Below, in pieces: positions 9,116-22,593 of a stretch of 64,000 nucleotides of DNA. Every line of letters begins with the position of its first letter. The first letter of the stretch is position 1. The stretch comes from an uncultured Gemmatimonadaceae bacterium. GTDB taxonomy: Bacteria > Gemmatimonadota > Gemmatimonadetes > Gemmatimonadales > Gemmatimonadaceae. The notes under the pieces were generated by a model. The model had not been told where the DNA came from, searched no databases, and saw only the letters and a program-made list of their open reading frames with translations. Location: NCBI GenBank assembly GCA_963843845.1, contig CAWJMB010000002.1:3360001-3424000 (forward strand), read 5' to 3'. A program made the position numbers and the translations under genes.

Positions 9116-10731
9116 TTGATGATCTCCTCGATGAGCTTGAGCGCGCGCGGGTCCTTCGAGCGGGCGACCCAGAACAGCGCGTCCTTGCGGATCTCGACGT
9201 CCTTCTCGGCGCGTGCGATGTCGAGCAGCTTCTCGAACGCCGGACCGCTGCCGCGCTGCTGGTAGACGAAGACGAGCTGCTTCTTCATCTCCTGATCGGT
9301 CGCCCGATCGTAGAGCGCGACGAGCTGCTCGACGTTCGCGCCTCCCTGCCCCGCGTAGAACAGCGCCTGCTTGCGCAGCTCGGTCGACTCCCTGGTGTCC
9401 TGCGCGAGGTCGAGCAGCCAGCTCGCGTTGCCGCGGCGGCGCGAGACGGCGAACAGCACCTTGTCTTTCAGGTCGCGGTTCGTGAGGCGACCGTACAGCG
9501 TGCGCAGATACTCCGTGTCCTCTGCGCTTCCGCGCTGGCCCAACCAGAAGATCGCCTCCGCGCGCACGTCGGGGTTCGCGTCGTTCGACGCGGCGATCTG
9601 GCGCAGCGTCTCGCGGCCGCTCGCGCTGCCGCTCTGCGAGAGCGAGAACACGGCCTGCTTCTGCAAGTCCACGTCGCCCGACTTCAGCGCCACGTCGCGC
9701 AGGATCTCCTGCGCCCGCGCTCCATCGACGCGGCCGAGCCAGAACAGCGACTCCTTCCGGACGTCCTCGTCGGGGTCGTTGCGCGCGGCGTCGACGAGCA
9801 GCTCGGTCGACTCGGCGACGCGCTTCTGCGCGATGAGGAAGACGGCCTTCCTGCGCAGCACTTCGGCGCACCGTTCGCGGCTCGCCATCACCTTCCGGAG
9901 CAGCGGCATCGCGCGCTCGGCGTCCATCTGCATGAGCGCGTTCAGCGCGACGACCTTCACGTCGTCGTCGCCGCCCTCGCACTCGCTCGACGTGCGCCCC
10001 CGGCCGCGACGGCTCGCCTCGCGGCTCGCGTCGCGCGCGGCGTCGCGCAGGTCGCCGCTCGCGCTGCGCATCGCGTCGGCCGCGGCGCGGGCACCGTCGC
10101 GCATCCCCTCGCGCGCCGCGTTCGCCGCCTCGAGCAGCGCGGCACGGACCTCCGGGTCGTTCATCGCGTCCGCCGCCGCCCGCGCGCCGAGGCGCCCCGC
10201 GTCGGAGGCGAGCGCGGTCGCGGCGCGGACGGCTTCGCCGATGATCGCGCCGAAGCTCCCGCTGTCGGCGCGCTGCTCGACGGTGGCCGCGCACTGCGCG
10301 TCGCCGCGGCGAGCCAGCTCGCCGCAGATGCGTGTGTCGAGCGCCGCGGCGTCGCCGCGGAACGCGTCCTTGCCCGAGTCGCGGAGGGTCCGCAGCGACG
10401 TGCGCGCGCGGCGCAGATCGCTCGTGCTGCCGGACTGGTAGAGCGAGAACGCGCGCCAGTAGAAGGCGTTCGACGCCTGCGTCGACGACGGATAGCGCGC
10501 GCCGACGCGCTCGAACAGCTCGGCCGCCTGGCGATAGTCGCCGCGCGACATCGCATCGCGGCCGGCACGGTAGAGAATGTCGGCGGAGTCCTGCCGTGCG
10601 ACCGGACGGGGCGCGACCGCGCGCGGGACCACGCGCCGCGACGCGACGGTGCCCGACGGGGCGCGCGGCGCCGACGCCGGTGCTTCGGCGACGAGCAGCG
10701 CCGCGGCGAGCAGGTGAGTGAGGAACAGCAT
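9112..10731 (-). CDS. Secreted TPR + HEAT-repeat protein
   Basis: Signal peptide, a TPR/BamD-like segment (LYRAGRDAMSRGDYRQAAELF) and several repeats of the type DVRKESLFWLG. Confidence 0.85.
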   Translation of the reverse strand: MLFLTHLLAAALLVAEAPASAPRAPSGTVASRRVVPRAVAPRPVARQDSADILYRAGRDAMSRGDYRQAAELFERVGARYPSSTQASNAFYWRAFSLYQSGSTSDLRRARTSLRTLRDSGKDAFRGDAAALDTRICGELARRGDAQCAATVEQRADSGSFGAIIGEAVRAATALASDAGRLGARAAADAMNDPEVRAALLEAANAAREGMRDGARAAADAMRSASGDLRDAARDASREASRRGRGRTSSECEGGDDDVKVVALNALMQMDAERAMPLLRKVMASRERCAEVLRRKAVFLIAQKRVAESTELLVDAARNDPDEDVRKESLFWLGRVDGARAQEILRDVALKSGDVDLQKQAVFSLSQSGSASGRETLRQIAASNDANPDVRAEAIFWLGQRGSAEDTEYLRTLYGRLTNRDLKDKVLFAVSRRRGNASWLLDLAQDTRESTELRKQALFYAGQGGANVEQLVALYDRATDQEMKKQLVFVYQQRGSGPAFEKLLDIARAEKDVEIRKDALFWVARSKDPRALKLIEEIIK

Positions 10732-10761
10732 GGGCTATGGTCTCCGAAGGTGAAGAACGCG

Positions 10762-11726
10762 TCAGTCGGTCGTGCCGGCGGGGAGCATCGTGCGGATGCG
10801 AGGCAGGAGCTGCCCGCGTCGGAGCGCACCGTCGATGAACTGCCGCTCGGTGCGGTCCGCCTGCGTCGCGGACGCCGAGCTGTCAGCGCGCGACGGGGCG
10901 AGGCGGGCCATCTGCGCGAGCACGAACTCGAGGTCCTCGAGCAGCTGCCGCCGCCGCGGGTCGGACGCCGCCGGCGAGTCGAGCAGCAGCCGCGTGTCGC
11001 CGAGCAGCGGGCGCGCCCAGGCGGCGACGGCGCGGTCGGTCTGCACGTCGGCCGAGTCGGCGCGGTACGAGATGAGGAGCGCCTCGACCTTCACGGCGTG
11101 CTGCCGGAGCGCGACGTCGTAGAGATCGGCGGGTCCCGACGCGCGCTCCCCGGCGCGCCCGCGCGCCACGGCGACCGGCGCGCGGCCGGCGGTCATGGCG
11201 CGTGACGTGGGCGCTCCGCGAGCCCGGAGGCACCGCGTCGGCGCGCGGCGTCAGCCTCCGCGAGCGGCGCCGCCAGCACCGTGGGCGCGACGGGCACGTC
11301 GGGCGCGACGGACACGTCGGACGACGGCGCTGTGTTCGCCGCCGCCGTCTGCGGTCCGGCGACCGGCGCCGGCGCGTTCGGGCGCGCGACGCTCCACCAG
11401 CGGCCGATCCCCACGCCGGTCGTGAGGAAGATCGCGGCCGCCGCGGCGAGCCGCCACGCGCCGCGCCGGCGTGCCCGCTCCGCGTCGAGCGCGACGACGC
11501 GTGTCCCGATCGACGCCGCCGCGTGCGGCACCGCCGCGTGCGGCACCGCCGCGTGCGGCACCACGGGTGCGCCCGCCGGCCGTGCGGCGACGATCGCTGC
11601 CCACATCGCCTCGCGCGGCACGCCCGGCGGCGGGGTGTGGTAGTCGCGCGCCGCCTCGGCGATCAGGCGGTCGAGCGCGTCGGGCTCGCGATACTCGCCC
11701 GCGGAACGGTCGTCGTGCTCGGTCAT
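10762..11726 (-). CDS. Putative anti-sigma-like single-pass membrane protein (frameshift near 11200-11250)
   Basis: ATGA-coupled to the ECF gene. Contains PREAMWAAI, a TM helix WRLAAAAAIFLTTGVGIG, and in another frame a C-terminus LLEDLEFVLAQMARL...LLPRIR. Confidence 0.65.
11517..11561. repeat. In-frame 15-bp tandem repeat x3 (VPHAA)
   Basis: cgccgcgtgcggcac occurs three times exactly. Confidence 0.9.
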
Positions 11727-12265
11727 GACACCCACTCTCCTGCGAAGTCGGCGAGCGCGACGCGAAGCTTCGCTCTCGCCCGGAACAGCTGCGCCTTCGA
11801 CGTCCCGGGCTGGATGCCCAACGTCCTGGCGATCTCCTCGTGCGTGTACCCTTCCACGTCGTGCATCACGAACACGGTGCGGTAGCCGTCCGGCAGCGCG
11901 TCGACCGCCTCCGCGAGCCGCTGCTTGAGGTCCGGCTCGGCCTGCCGCACCGAGACGCCGATCGTGAGCGCCTCGTCGAGCGTCGTCTCGCGCGCACGCC
12001 ACCGCTTCACCTTGCGCAGCCCGTTCAGCGCGACCGAGACGCCGATCGTGTGCAGCCACGTCCCGAACGCCGAGTCGCCACGGAAGCTCGCCAACCGGTC
12101 GAAGGCGCGCACGAACGTCTCCTGCGTGAAGTCGCGCGCCAGCTCCTCGTCGCCGGCCAGGCGGTAGGCCAGGCGGTAGACGCGGTCGACGTGCTGGTCG
12201 TAGAGCGCCCGCTGGGCCAGCAGATCGCCGGCGACGGCTTGCGCGATGAGCGTGGAGTCGGGCAC
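11723..12265 (-). CDS. ECF (sigma-70 group 4) RNA polymerase sigma factor
   Basis: ARDFTQETFVRAF and FGTWLHTI (region 2); VFVMHDVEGYTHEEIARTLGIQPGTSKAQLFRAR (region 4). Confidence 0.93.
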   Translation of the reverse strand: MPDSTLIAQAVAGDLLAQRALYDQHVDRVYRLAYRLAGDEELARDFTQETFVRAFDRLASFRGDSAFGTWLHTIGVSVALNGLRKVKRWRARETTLDEALTIGVSVRQAEPDLKQRLAEAVDALPDGYRTVFVMHDVEGYTHEEIARTLGIQPGTSKAQLFRARAKLRVALADFAGEWVS

Positions 12266-12363
12266 GCGGCGGTGTAAGTGGACGGCTCTCTGACACGAGG
12301 GCCGCGGAAACGGTTGCGCGGGCGGCGACACCATTCCGCCGCCACGCCGCCGCGACGCCGCCG

Positions 12364-12999
12364 CTACGCCCGGATCGCCACCCGCCGCTCGAACGCGGCG
12401 AACGTGTCGAGGGCACCGCGTACGATCTCGCCGTCTGGCGTCGCGGCCTCGGGGTGCGACGCGGCGAATCGCGCGGCCGACGCGAGGAACGCCTTCCACA
12501 TCGCGCCGGTCCGGTCCCCGTAGCTCGCGAGATACGCGGCGCCGTTCGCCTCGCTCAGCCCGAGCGACGTCGCGAGCTGGCGCCGGATGACCTGGCCGCC
12601 GAGCGTCGCGCCTTCCATGACGTAGAGCGCACCGAACGCGCGAGCGAGCGTCGACGGGAGCGCGGCGACCTCCTCGCCGGCGGCGCCGGCGGCGCCGGGG
12701 GCGTCGGGGGCGTCGGCGTCGGGGGCGTCCGCGCCCCACGCGTCGCCGCCGAGCGCGGCGAGGTCGCGGTCGAGCAGACCGAGCTTCGACCGCGCCGCGA
12801 GGTCCACGCCGAGCGCGGCGAGCGGCGACGACCAGCGCCCGAGCGCCGGCTCGAGCGCGGCGTGGAATGCGCGCGTGCGGCGGAGGACCGCGGCGTAGCC
12901 GTCGCGCGTGAGCGCCGGGTCGACATAGGGCATCTGCGCGTCGAGCCGCGCGTGGGCGTCGGCCGTCGCGGCGCGGAGCAGCGCGTGGATGGGGAGCAT
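12364..12999 (-). CDS. bphO: Biliverdin-producing heme oxygenase
   Basis: LRAATADAHARLD and GALYVMEGATLGGQVI motifs; lies directly downstream of the phytochrome gene. Confidence 0.88.
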   Translation of the reverse strand: MLPIHALLRAATADAHARLDAQMPYVDPALTRDGYAAVLRRTRAFHAALEPALGRWSSPLAALGVDLAARSKLGLLDRDLAALGGDAWGADAPDADAPDAPGAAGAAGEEVAALPSTLARAFGALYVMEGATLGGQVIRRQLATSLGLSEANGAAYLASYGDRTGAMWKAFLASAARFAASHPEAATPDGEIVRGALDTFAAFERRVAIRA

Positions 13000-13019
13000 C
13001 TGCCGCCGCGACCGGAGCG

Positions 13020-15490
<2,471 letters not shown>

Positions 15491-15494
<4 letters not shown>

Positions 15495-17083
15495 CGAAGC
15501 ACGAACCCCGGATCGATCTCCGGACGCCGCGCCGAGTTCCCGACCAACCATCCCGTCATGTACATCCACTGCGTCATCCGCGTCAGCTTCGTGTAGTCGA
15601 TTCGCGACGGCTCGTCGCGCGGCGTGTGATAGTCGTCGTGCAGGTTCGTCGAGAAAAATAGCGACGGCACGCGGCGCTCGGCGTAGGGCACGTGGTCGCT
15701 GCGGAAGTACCACCCTTCGGGGTGCGAGGGCCGGTCCCACGACGAGTCGACGACGAACTTGCTCACCGCGCGGTTCGCCGCCAGCGCGACGTCGACGAGC
15801 TGCGACGAGTTGCGGTGCGGCGGCTGGCTGCCTAACAGCGCCGCGGTGTCGGGGTGGTTGCGGCCGATCATGTCGCCGTTGATCACGGCGGCCATCCTGT
15901 CGAGCGGCACGACCGGGTGGGCGACGTGGTAGCGCGAGCCCAACAGCCCGCGCTCCTCCGCGCCGTGAAAGATGAACAGCGCCGAGCGCCGGCTCGGCTG
16001 CTTCACCCAGGCGCGGGCGATCGCGAGCAGCGCGACGCTCGTCGTGCCGTTGTCGTCGGCGCCGTTCCAGATCGAGTCGCCGGCGACGGCGTAGCGCCCG
16101 CCGTCGTGGTCCTGGTGCGAGCTGAAGACGACGTACTCGTCGCGCAGCGCCGGATCGGTGCCGCGCACGACGCCGATCACGTTCACCGACGGCGTCTCGA
16201 ACGTCTCGCTGCGGATCGCGATCTCGGCCGGCTGGCCGTCGGCGCGGAGCGAGGCGAGCGCGGCGCGGTGCACGAGGAGGATCGGCGTGCCGGCCGGCGC
16301 CGGCGCTGCGGTGCGCGCCGTCGTCGCGGTCGGCGCCGCGGCGTTCGCGCCCGCCGCCGCGCGCGAGAAGCGCGGAACGCCGCCGATCACGTCGTACGTA
16401 CCGCGGATCTGGGTCTGCGCGACGCCGTCGAACGCGATCTCGGCGATCGAGTCGGCGACGACGAGCACGGCCGCGGCGCCGCGCCGGACGAGCCCGTTCG
16501 CCGTCGTCGTGAGCGCGGCACGCGTGTAGTTGACCTCGCGCGTGTTCGTCGTCGAGCGCACGAGCGCGGCCGGCGGCGTGGCGAGCGGCGTGACGACGAC
16601 GCGCCCGCGCACGTCGACCGTCGTGTCGCGCGCGTCGGCGACGAAGAGCGTCGTGCCGCGCACCGATGCGGCGGCGTTCGTCGTCGGCGCGGCGTCCGTC
16701 CACAGCGCCATCGGCCGACCGCCGACCGTCACGGAGCTGTTCGGCGTCGAGATGCGGGTGCGGCGCATGTTCCACCACTGATACCAGCTCCCGTCCTCCC
16801 CCATGGGGCGGAGGCCGATCGCCCGCATCTCGTCGGCGAGCCACGCCGAGGCGCGCATCTCGTCGATGGTGCCCGCCTCGCGCCCGCGCATCGCGTCGCC
16901 GGCGAGCGCGTAGAGATCGCGCTCGAGGTCGGCCTTGCGGATCTCGCTCATCGCGGCGGGGGGTCGAGCGGGTTGCGCGACGAGCGGTGCCGCGGCGAGG
17001 GGTGCCGCGGCGACGAGCAGCGTCGCGGCGGCGCGCGTGGCGCGCGTGGCGCGCGTGGTGAGCAGGGGGTGACGACTCGGCAT
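15491..17083 (-). CDS. M28 family secreted peptidase
   Basis: Signal peptide, SSHQDHDG, NGADDNGT, GAEERGLLGS, GDMIGRN, RSDH and DYHTPRD. Confidence 0.9.
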
Positions 17084-17168
17084 GATGGTTGGAGCGAAAT
17101 GGGGCATTACGATCATGAACGGACGATGACCTCGACACGACAGACCTTCCCGACCGACACGACGCACC

Positions 17169-19010
17169 GTGCCTAGCCCGATCGAACATTACGCCCTCGT
17201 CGGCGACTGCGAGACCGCTGCCCTCGTCGCCCGCGACGGCTCGATCGACTGGCTCTGCTGGCCACGCTTCGACTCCCCCGCCTGCTTCGCCGCGCTCCTC
17301 GGCGCGCCGGAGCACGGGCGCTGGCGCGTCGCGCCGGTCGGCGAGACGACGACGGTGAGCCGCCGCTACCGCGACGAGACCCTGATTCTCGAGACGACGT
17401 TCGAGACCGAGCAGGGCGCCGTGACGGTGATCGACTTCATGCCGCCGCGCACCGCGCAGTCCGACCTCGTGCGCATCGTCGTCGGCGTGCGCGGCAGCGT
17501 GGACGTGCGCACGGAGCTCGTCATCCGCCCCGAGTACGGGTCGGCAGTGCCGTGGGTCACGCGGCTGGACGACGGCACGAGCCACGGCGTGCTGCGCGCG
17601 ATCGCCGGCCCCGCCATGCTCACGCTGCGCACCGACGTCGCGCTGCACGGCGAATCGATGACGACCGTCGGCGACATCACGGTGCGCGAAGGCGACGCGC
17701 ACTGGTTCGTGCTCACGCACTCGCCCTCGCACCTCCCCCTGCCCGAGGTGATCGATCCTCACCAGGCACTCGTCGACACCGAGGCGTTCTGGCGCGAGTG
17801 GACCGGCCGCTGCACGTACACCGGGCCGTGGCGCGACGCGGTCGTACGCTCGCTCATCACGCTGAAAGGGCTCACCTACCGCCCGACCGGCGGCGTCGTC
17901 GCCGCGCCGACGACGTCGCTTCCCGAGCAGTTGGGCGGCACGCGCAACTGGGACTACCGCTACTGCTGGCTGCGCGACGCGACGCTCACGCTGCTCGCGC
18001 TCATGGACGCCGGCTACTACGAGGAGGCAGGCGCGTGGCGCGACTGGCTCCTGCGCGCCGCGGCCGGGAGCCCCTCGCAGCTGCAGATCATGTACGGCAT
18101 CGCCGGCGAGCGGAACCTGGTCGAGTGGACGGTGCCCTGGCTCCCCGGCTACGAGGGTGCCGCGCCGGTCCGCATCGGCAACGCCGCCCACGCGCAGACG
18201 CAGCTCGACGTCTATGGCGAGGTGCTCGAGGCGCTCTACCTCGCGCGCCAGGGCGGGCTCCCGGCGAGCGCCGAGAGCTGGCAGCTCGAGAAAGCGCTCG
18301 TCGACTACGTATCGAGGATCTGGGACCGCCCCGACGAAGGGATCTGGGAGGTGCGCGGCGGCCCGCAGCACTTCGTGCATTCCAAGGTGATGGCGTGGGT
18401 CGCCGTCGACCGCGCGATCCGCAGCGCCGAGGAGTTCTCGCTCGCGGCGCCGCTCGACGACTGGCGGACGCTCCGCGCGACGATTCACGCCGACGTCTGC
18501 GCGCGCGGCTTCGACGCGTCGTCAGGCAGCTTCGTGCAGGCGTACGGCTCCACGCAGCTCGACGCGAGCCTGCTGCTCATCCCGACGGTCGGGTTCCTGC
18601 CGCACCACGACCCGCGCGTGCTCGGCACGATCGCCGCGATCGAGCGGCACCTCGTCGTCGACGGCTTCGTGCTGCGCTACGACTCGTCCCGGACGGCCGA
18701 CGGACTGCCGCCCGGCGAGGGGGCGTTCCTCGCCTGTAGCTTCTGGCTCGCCGACAACTACGCACTGTGCGGACGGCACGAGGAGGCGCGCGCCCTGTTC
18801 GAGCGGCTGCTCGCGCTGCGCAACGACGTCGGGCTGCTCGCCGAAGAGTTCGATTCGCACGCCGGGCGGCTCGTCGGCAACTTTCCGCAGGCATTCTCGC
18901 ACCTGTCGCTCATCGGGACGGCGATGAACCTGAGCCATCCGGGCGACGCGCAGACCGCGCCGGCGGTGCAGCGCTCGACGGCCGACATGAGCGCGACGCC
19001 GGAGCGGTAG
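17169..19010 (+). CDS. Glycoside hydrolase family 15 (trehalase/glucoamylase-like)
   Basis: [40 protein letters not shown] and GNFPQAFSH. Confidence 0.93.
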   Translation: MPSPIEHYALVGDCETAALVARDGSIDWLCWPRFDSPACFAALLGAPEHGRWRVAPVGETTTVSRRYRDETLILETTFETEQGAVTVIDFMPPRTAQSDLVRIVVGVRGSVDVRTELVIRPEYGSAVPWVTRLDDGTSHGVLRAIAGPAMLTLRTDVALHGESMTTVGDITVREGDAHWFVLTHSPSHLPLPEVIDPHQALVDTEAFWREWTGRCTYTGPWRDAVVRSLITLKGLTYRPTGGVVAAPTTSLPEQLGGTRNWDYRYCWLRDATLTLLALMDAGYYEEAGAWRDWLLRAAAGSPSQLQIMYGIAGERNLVEWTVPWLPGYEGAAPVRIGNAAHAQTQLDVYGEVLEALYLARQGGLPASAESWQLEKALVDYVSRIWDRPDEGIWEVRGGPQHFVHSKVMAWVAVDRAIRSAEEFSLAAPLDDWRTLRATIHADVCARGFDASSGSFVQAYGSTQLDASLLLIPTVGFLPHHDPRVLGTIAAIERHLVVDGFVLRYDSSRTADGLPPGEGAFLACSFWLADNYALCGRHEEARALFERLLALRNDVGLLAEEFDSHAGRLVGNFPQAFSHLSLIGTAMNLSHPGDAQTAPAVQRSTADMSATPER

Positions 19011-19024
19011 CCGCTCGCCAGGCG

Positions 19025-19898
19025 TCACGCCATGCCGCTCAGCGCCGCGAACTGCTCGTCGTCGAGCCGCAACGCCGCCGCGCCGACGTTCTCCTCCAGG
19101 TGCGCCACGCGCGACGTGCCCGGAATCGGCAGCATCACCGGCGAGCGCTGCAGCAGCCACGCGAGCGCGACCTGCGCCGGCCGCGCGCCGACCGCACTCG
19201 GCGATCTGCGTCAGCGTGCTCCCCTCGGTCGCGAGCCGGCCGGTGAGCAGCGGGTACCACGGAATGAAGCCGATCCCCTCGCGCTCGCAGTAGGTCAGCA
19301 CCTCCTCCGACTGCCGCTCGGCGAGGTTGTAGCGGTTCTGCACGGTCGCGACCGACACGACCTGGCGCGCCGCCTCGATGTCGCGCACCGAGACCTCGCT
19401 CAGGCCGACGTGGCGCACCTTTCCCTCGCGCACGAGCTCGGCGAGCGTGCCGAACTGCTCGTCGGCCGGCACCTTGGTGTCGACGCGATGAAGCTGGAAC
19501 AGGTCGATGCGATCGACCTTGAGGCGGCGCAGACTGCCGTCGCACTCGCTGCGCAGATGCTCGGGGCGCCCGTTCGGGACCCAGGTGCCCGGCCCCGGCC
19601 GCTCGAAGCCCGCCTTCGTCGCGATCACCATCCCGTCGGGATACGGGTGCAGCGCCTCGGCGATGAGCGACTCGTTGACGTGCGGGCCGTACGAGTTCGC
19701 CGTGTCGATGAAGTTCACGCCGAGCTCGGGCACGCGGCGCAGCACGCGGCGCGCCTCGGCGGGGTCGGCCGGCATCCCCCAGACGCCGGCCCCCGTGAGC
19801 TGCATCGCGCCGTAACCGAGTCGGTGGATCGGGAGGTCGCCGCCGATGGAGAACGCGCCGCCGGCGGCGGCCTTCGGAGTCGTGTTCGTGGTCGTCAT
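19025..19898 (-). CDS. Aldo/keto reductase (frameshift near 19195)
   Basis: [25 protein letters not shown] and VQNRYN; the C-terminus AQVALAWLL...PIPGTS is in another frame. Confidence 0.9.
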
Positions 19899-19947
19899 GC
19901 GGCGGAGTGCGGGCAAGGCGCGTTCCCCGCGCGCTACATTTCGCGCC

Positions 19948-20748
19948 ATGCCGACTTCGCTTCGCATCGCACTCGTGCAACTGGCCGTCGTCGACGGCGA
20001 CCCCACGCGCAACGTCGCGCGCGCCGACGCGCTCGTCGCCGACGCGCCCGACGCCGACCTGTACCTGCTCCCCGAGCTGTGGACGACCGGCTACGCGCAC
20101 GCCGCGTGGCGCGACGCGGCGCAGGCGCACACGCCGCACGCGGTGGCGTGGATGCAGCGCATCGCGCGGACACGCGACGCGTGGGTCGGCGGCAGCATCA
20201 TCAGCGAGCGCACCGACGGCGGGCTCGCGAACCGCTGCTGGATCGTCTCGCCCGACGAGGGAGAGCCGGTGTGCTACGACAAGGCGCACCTGTTCGCCCC
20301 GATGGCCGAGCCGGAGTATCTGACGGGCGGCGGCGCGCGCGTGCGGACGCGCATCGGTCGCGACGATGCCGCGGTCGACGCCGCGTTCAGCATCTGCTAC
20401 GACCTGCGCTTCCCCGAGCAGTACCGCCAGGACGCGCTCGACGGCGCCGAGCTGTTCGTCGTGCCGTCGGAGTGGCCGCACCCGCGGAGCGACGCGCTGC
20501 GGCTGTTCGTGCGGGCGCGCGCCGCGGAGAACCAGGCGTACCTCGCGCTCTGCAACCGCACGGGTCCGGCGGACGACGGCACCGTCTTCTGCGGCGGCTC
20601 GTGCATCGTCGCGCCGACCGGCGACGTCGTCGTCGACGCCGGTGAGCACGAGGGCGTCGTCGTCGGCGAGATCGATCGCGCGTTCATGGCGCGCGTGCGC
20701 GCCGATGCCTCGGTGCTCACGCGACGCGTCGCCGGCGTCGACTACTGA
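19948..20748 (+). CDS. Carbon-nitrogen hydrolase (nitrilase superfamily, omega-amidase-like)
   Basis: Catalytic E-K-C motifs LLPELW, YDKAHLF and ICYDLRFPE. Confidence 0.92.
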   Translation: MPTSLRIALVQLAVVDGDPTRNVARADALVADAPDADLYLLPELWTTGYAHAAWRDAAQAHTPHAVAWMQRIARTRDAWVGGSIISERTDGGLANRCWIVSPDEGEPVCYDKAHLFAPMAEPEYLTGGGARVRTRIGRDDAAVDAAFSICYDLRFPEQYRQDALDGAELFVVPSEWPHPRSDALRLFVRARAAENQAYLALCNRTGPADDGTVFCGGSCIVAPTGDVVVDAGEHEGVVVGEIDRAFMARVRADASVLTRRVAGVDY

Positions 20749-20749
20749 C

Positions 20750-20792
20750 CCGACCGAGCCGACCGAGCCGACCGAGCCGACCGAGCCGACCG
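20750..20792. repeat. Intergenic 9-bp tandem repeat (ccgaccgag) x4 plus a partial copy
   Basis: Visible directly after the hydrolase stop codon. Confidence 0.85.
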
Positions 20793-20880
20793 GGCCGCCG
20801 ACGCCCGGGAACGCTGCCAGAGGCGTCGGACCAGCTGCAGGCGGCGCGTCGCGTCGCCTCCTCTCTCCATCGCCCTGACC

Positions 20881-21692
20881 ATGTCATCGCTCGACGAGCC
20901 GCCCCCCGACCGTGGTCGCGCCCGCCCCCGCCATCACTGGGTCGTCCGCCTCACGCACTGGGTCGCGGCGATCGCGATCATGGTCATGGTCGACGTCGGG
21001 GCTGCGCATCTTCAACGCGTACCCGTCGTTCCACCGCAAGGGCGAGACGTTCTGCTGCTATCCGTTCGAGGGGACGGCGATTCCGGCGTGGCTCACCTTC
21101 GGCGGGTGGCTCGCCGGCGCGCGGCACTGGCACTTCGCGATGATGTGGGTGCTCGTCGCGAACGGGCTCGTCTACGTCGTGTTCGACTTCCTGCACGGCG
21201 AGTGGCGCGACCTCGTGCCGCGGCGCGGTGACGGCCGCGGCGCGCTCGAGATGGTGCGCTTCTACCTGTTCCTGCGGCGCGATCATCCGGTACAGGGCAA
21301 GCACAACACGCTGCAGAAGCTCGCCTACTTCGCGCTCCCCGTCGTGACGGCGCTCGTCGTGCTGTCGGGGCGTCGCGATCTGGAAGCCGGTCACGTTCGG
21401 GTGGCTGACGGCGCTGTTCGGCGGCTACGTCTGGGCGCGCTACTGGCACTTCGTCGGCATGGCGGTCGTCGTCGCGATCGCGGTCGGCCACGTGTTCATG
21501 GTGTTCGCGGTCGACCCGTACGCGCTCCGCTCGATGATGACCGGAGGCTACGACGAGTCGCTCTCGCCCGAGTCGCGGAACGCGCGGCCGTTCTACCACC
21601 TCCTCCCGAAGTGGCGCGGCGCCGGCGACCGCGCGCGGCGCGCCGCCGCGCGCGGTCCGGCCGCACACGATCCGGCCGGGGAGGCGCCGTGA
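20881..21692 (+). CDS. Cytochrome b (Ni-hydrogenase/thiosulfate reductase cyt b-like) membrane subunit, two frameshifts
   Basis: VRLTHW, SGLRIFNAYP, ARHWHFAMMW, HNTLQKLAY, RYWHF and GHVFMV across three frames. Confidence 0.8.
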
Positions 21693-22552
21693 CTCGCGAC
21701 CTGCTGCGCCACGCCGGGCGCCTCGTCGACGCCGCGGTCGCGCGCCTCGAGTCCGGCGATCCGATCGACACACTCGATCCGGTCGGCCTTCCGTCGGCAC
21801 GCTCGGGGCAGGCCGTCGACCGCCGCCGCTTCCTCGCGCGCGGCACCGCCTCACTCGCCGCGCTGCTCGCCGGCTCGGCGCTCGCGGCGTGCGACAGGCA
21901 GGGGCCCGCCGCCGCGCAGCGCCTGCTGCGCACGGCGGAACGCAAGAACGAGGCGGTCGAGCGGTGGATCTTCCGCCACAGCGCGCTCGACCGTCCGCCG
22001 CGCGGCGCGCGCGCCGCCGGAGCGAGCTTCCCGGCGTATCACGTCGCCCCGGCGATCCCGACGTGGGACGCGGCGGCGCGCGGCGAGTGGACGCTCGAGG
22101 TGTCGGGGCTCGTCCGACGTCCGCTGCGCTTCACGCTCGACGAGCTGCTCCGGCTGCCGCACATCCGACAACGCGTCGAGCACTTCTGCGTCGAGGGGTG
22201 GAGCGCCGTCGCGACGTTCACCGGCGTCCGCGTCGCCGACCTGCTGCGCATGGCAGGACCGCTCCCGCACGCGCAGTACGCCGACTTCCAGAGCTTCGAG
22301 CGCGATCCACAGGTCGCGCTCCCGTATCACGAGAGCTGGGACCTCGAGAGCGCGACGCACCCGCAGACGCTCGTCGTCTACGGCAAGGACGGGCAGTTCC
22401 TGTCGGCGGCGTACGGGGCGCCGGCGCGGGTGCACTCGCCGGTGAAGCTGGGCTACAAGAACACGAAGTACCTGACGCGCATCGAGCTCCGGGCCGAACG
22501 GAACGGGGGGTACTGGTCCGACCTGGGCTACGAGTGGTACGGCGGGACGTGA
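21689..22552 (+). CDS. Molybdopterin-dependent oxidoreductase (sulfite oxidase family, MsrP-like)
   Basis: Tat motif DRRRFL, HFCVEGWS, YGAPAR, KLGYKNTKY and GGYWSDLGYEWY. Confidence 0.88.
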   Translation: MTRDLLRHAGRLVDAAVARLESGDPIDTLDPVGLPSARSGQAVDRRRFLARGTASLAALLAGSALAACDRQGPAAAQRLLRTAERKNEAVERWIFRHSALDRPPRGARAAGASFPAYHVAPAIPTWDAAARGEWTLEVSGLVRRPLRFTLDELLRLPHIRQRVEHFCVEGWSAVATFTGVRVADLLRMAGPLPHAQYADFQSFERDPQVALPYHESWDLESATHPQTLVVYGKDGQFLSAAYGAPARVHSPVKLGYKNTKYLTRIELRAERNGGYWSDLGYEWYGGT

Positions 22553-22593
22553 GCTGACGGCTCGGCGACCTGCCCGAGCCCCGCCGTTCGGCG

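Noticed and set aside
20750..20792. Short tandem repeats here and at 11517 and 37461 considered as CRISPR-like
   Set aside because: Units are 9-15 bp with no unique spacers, and there are no cas genes in the window.
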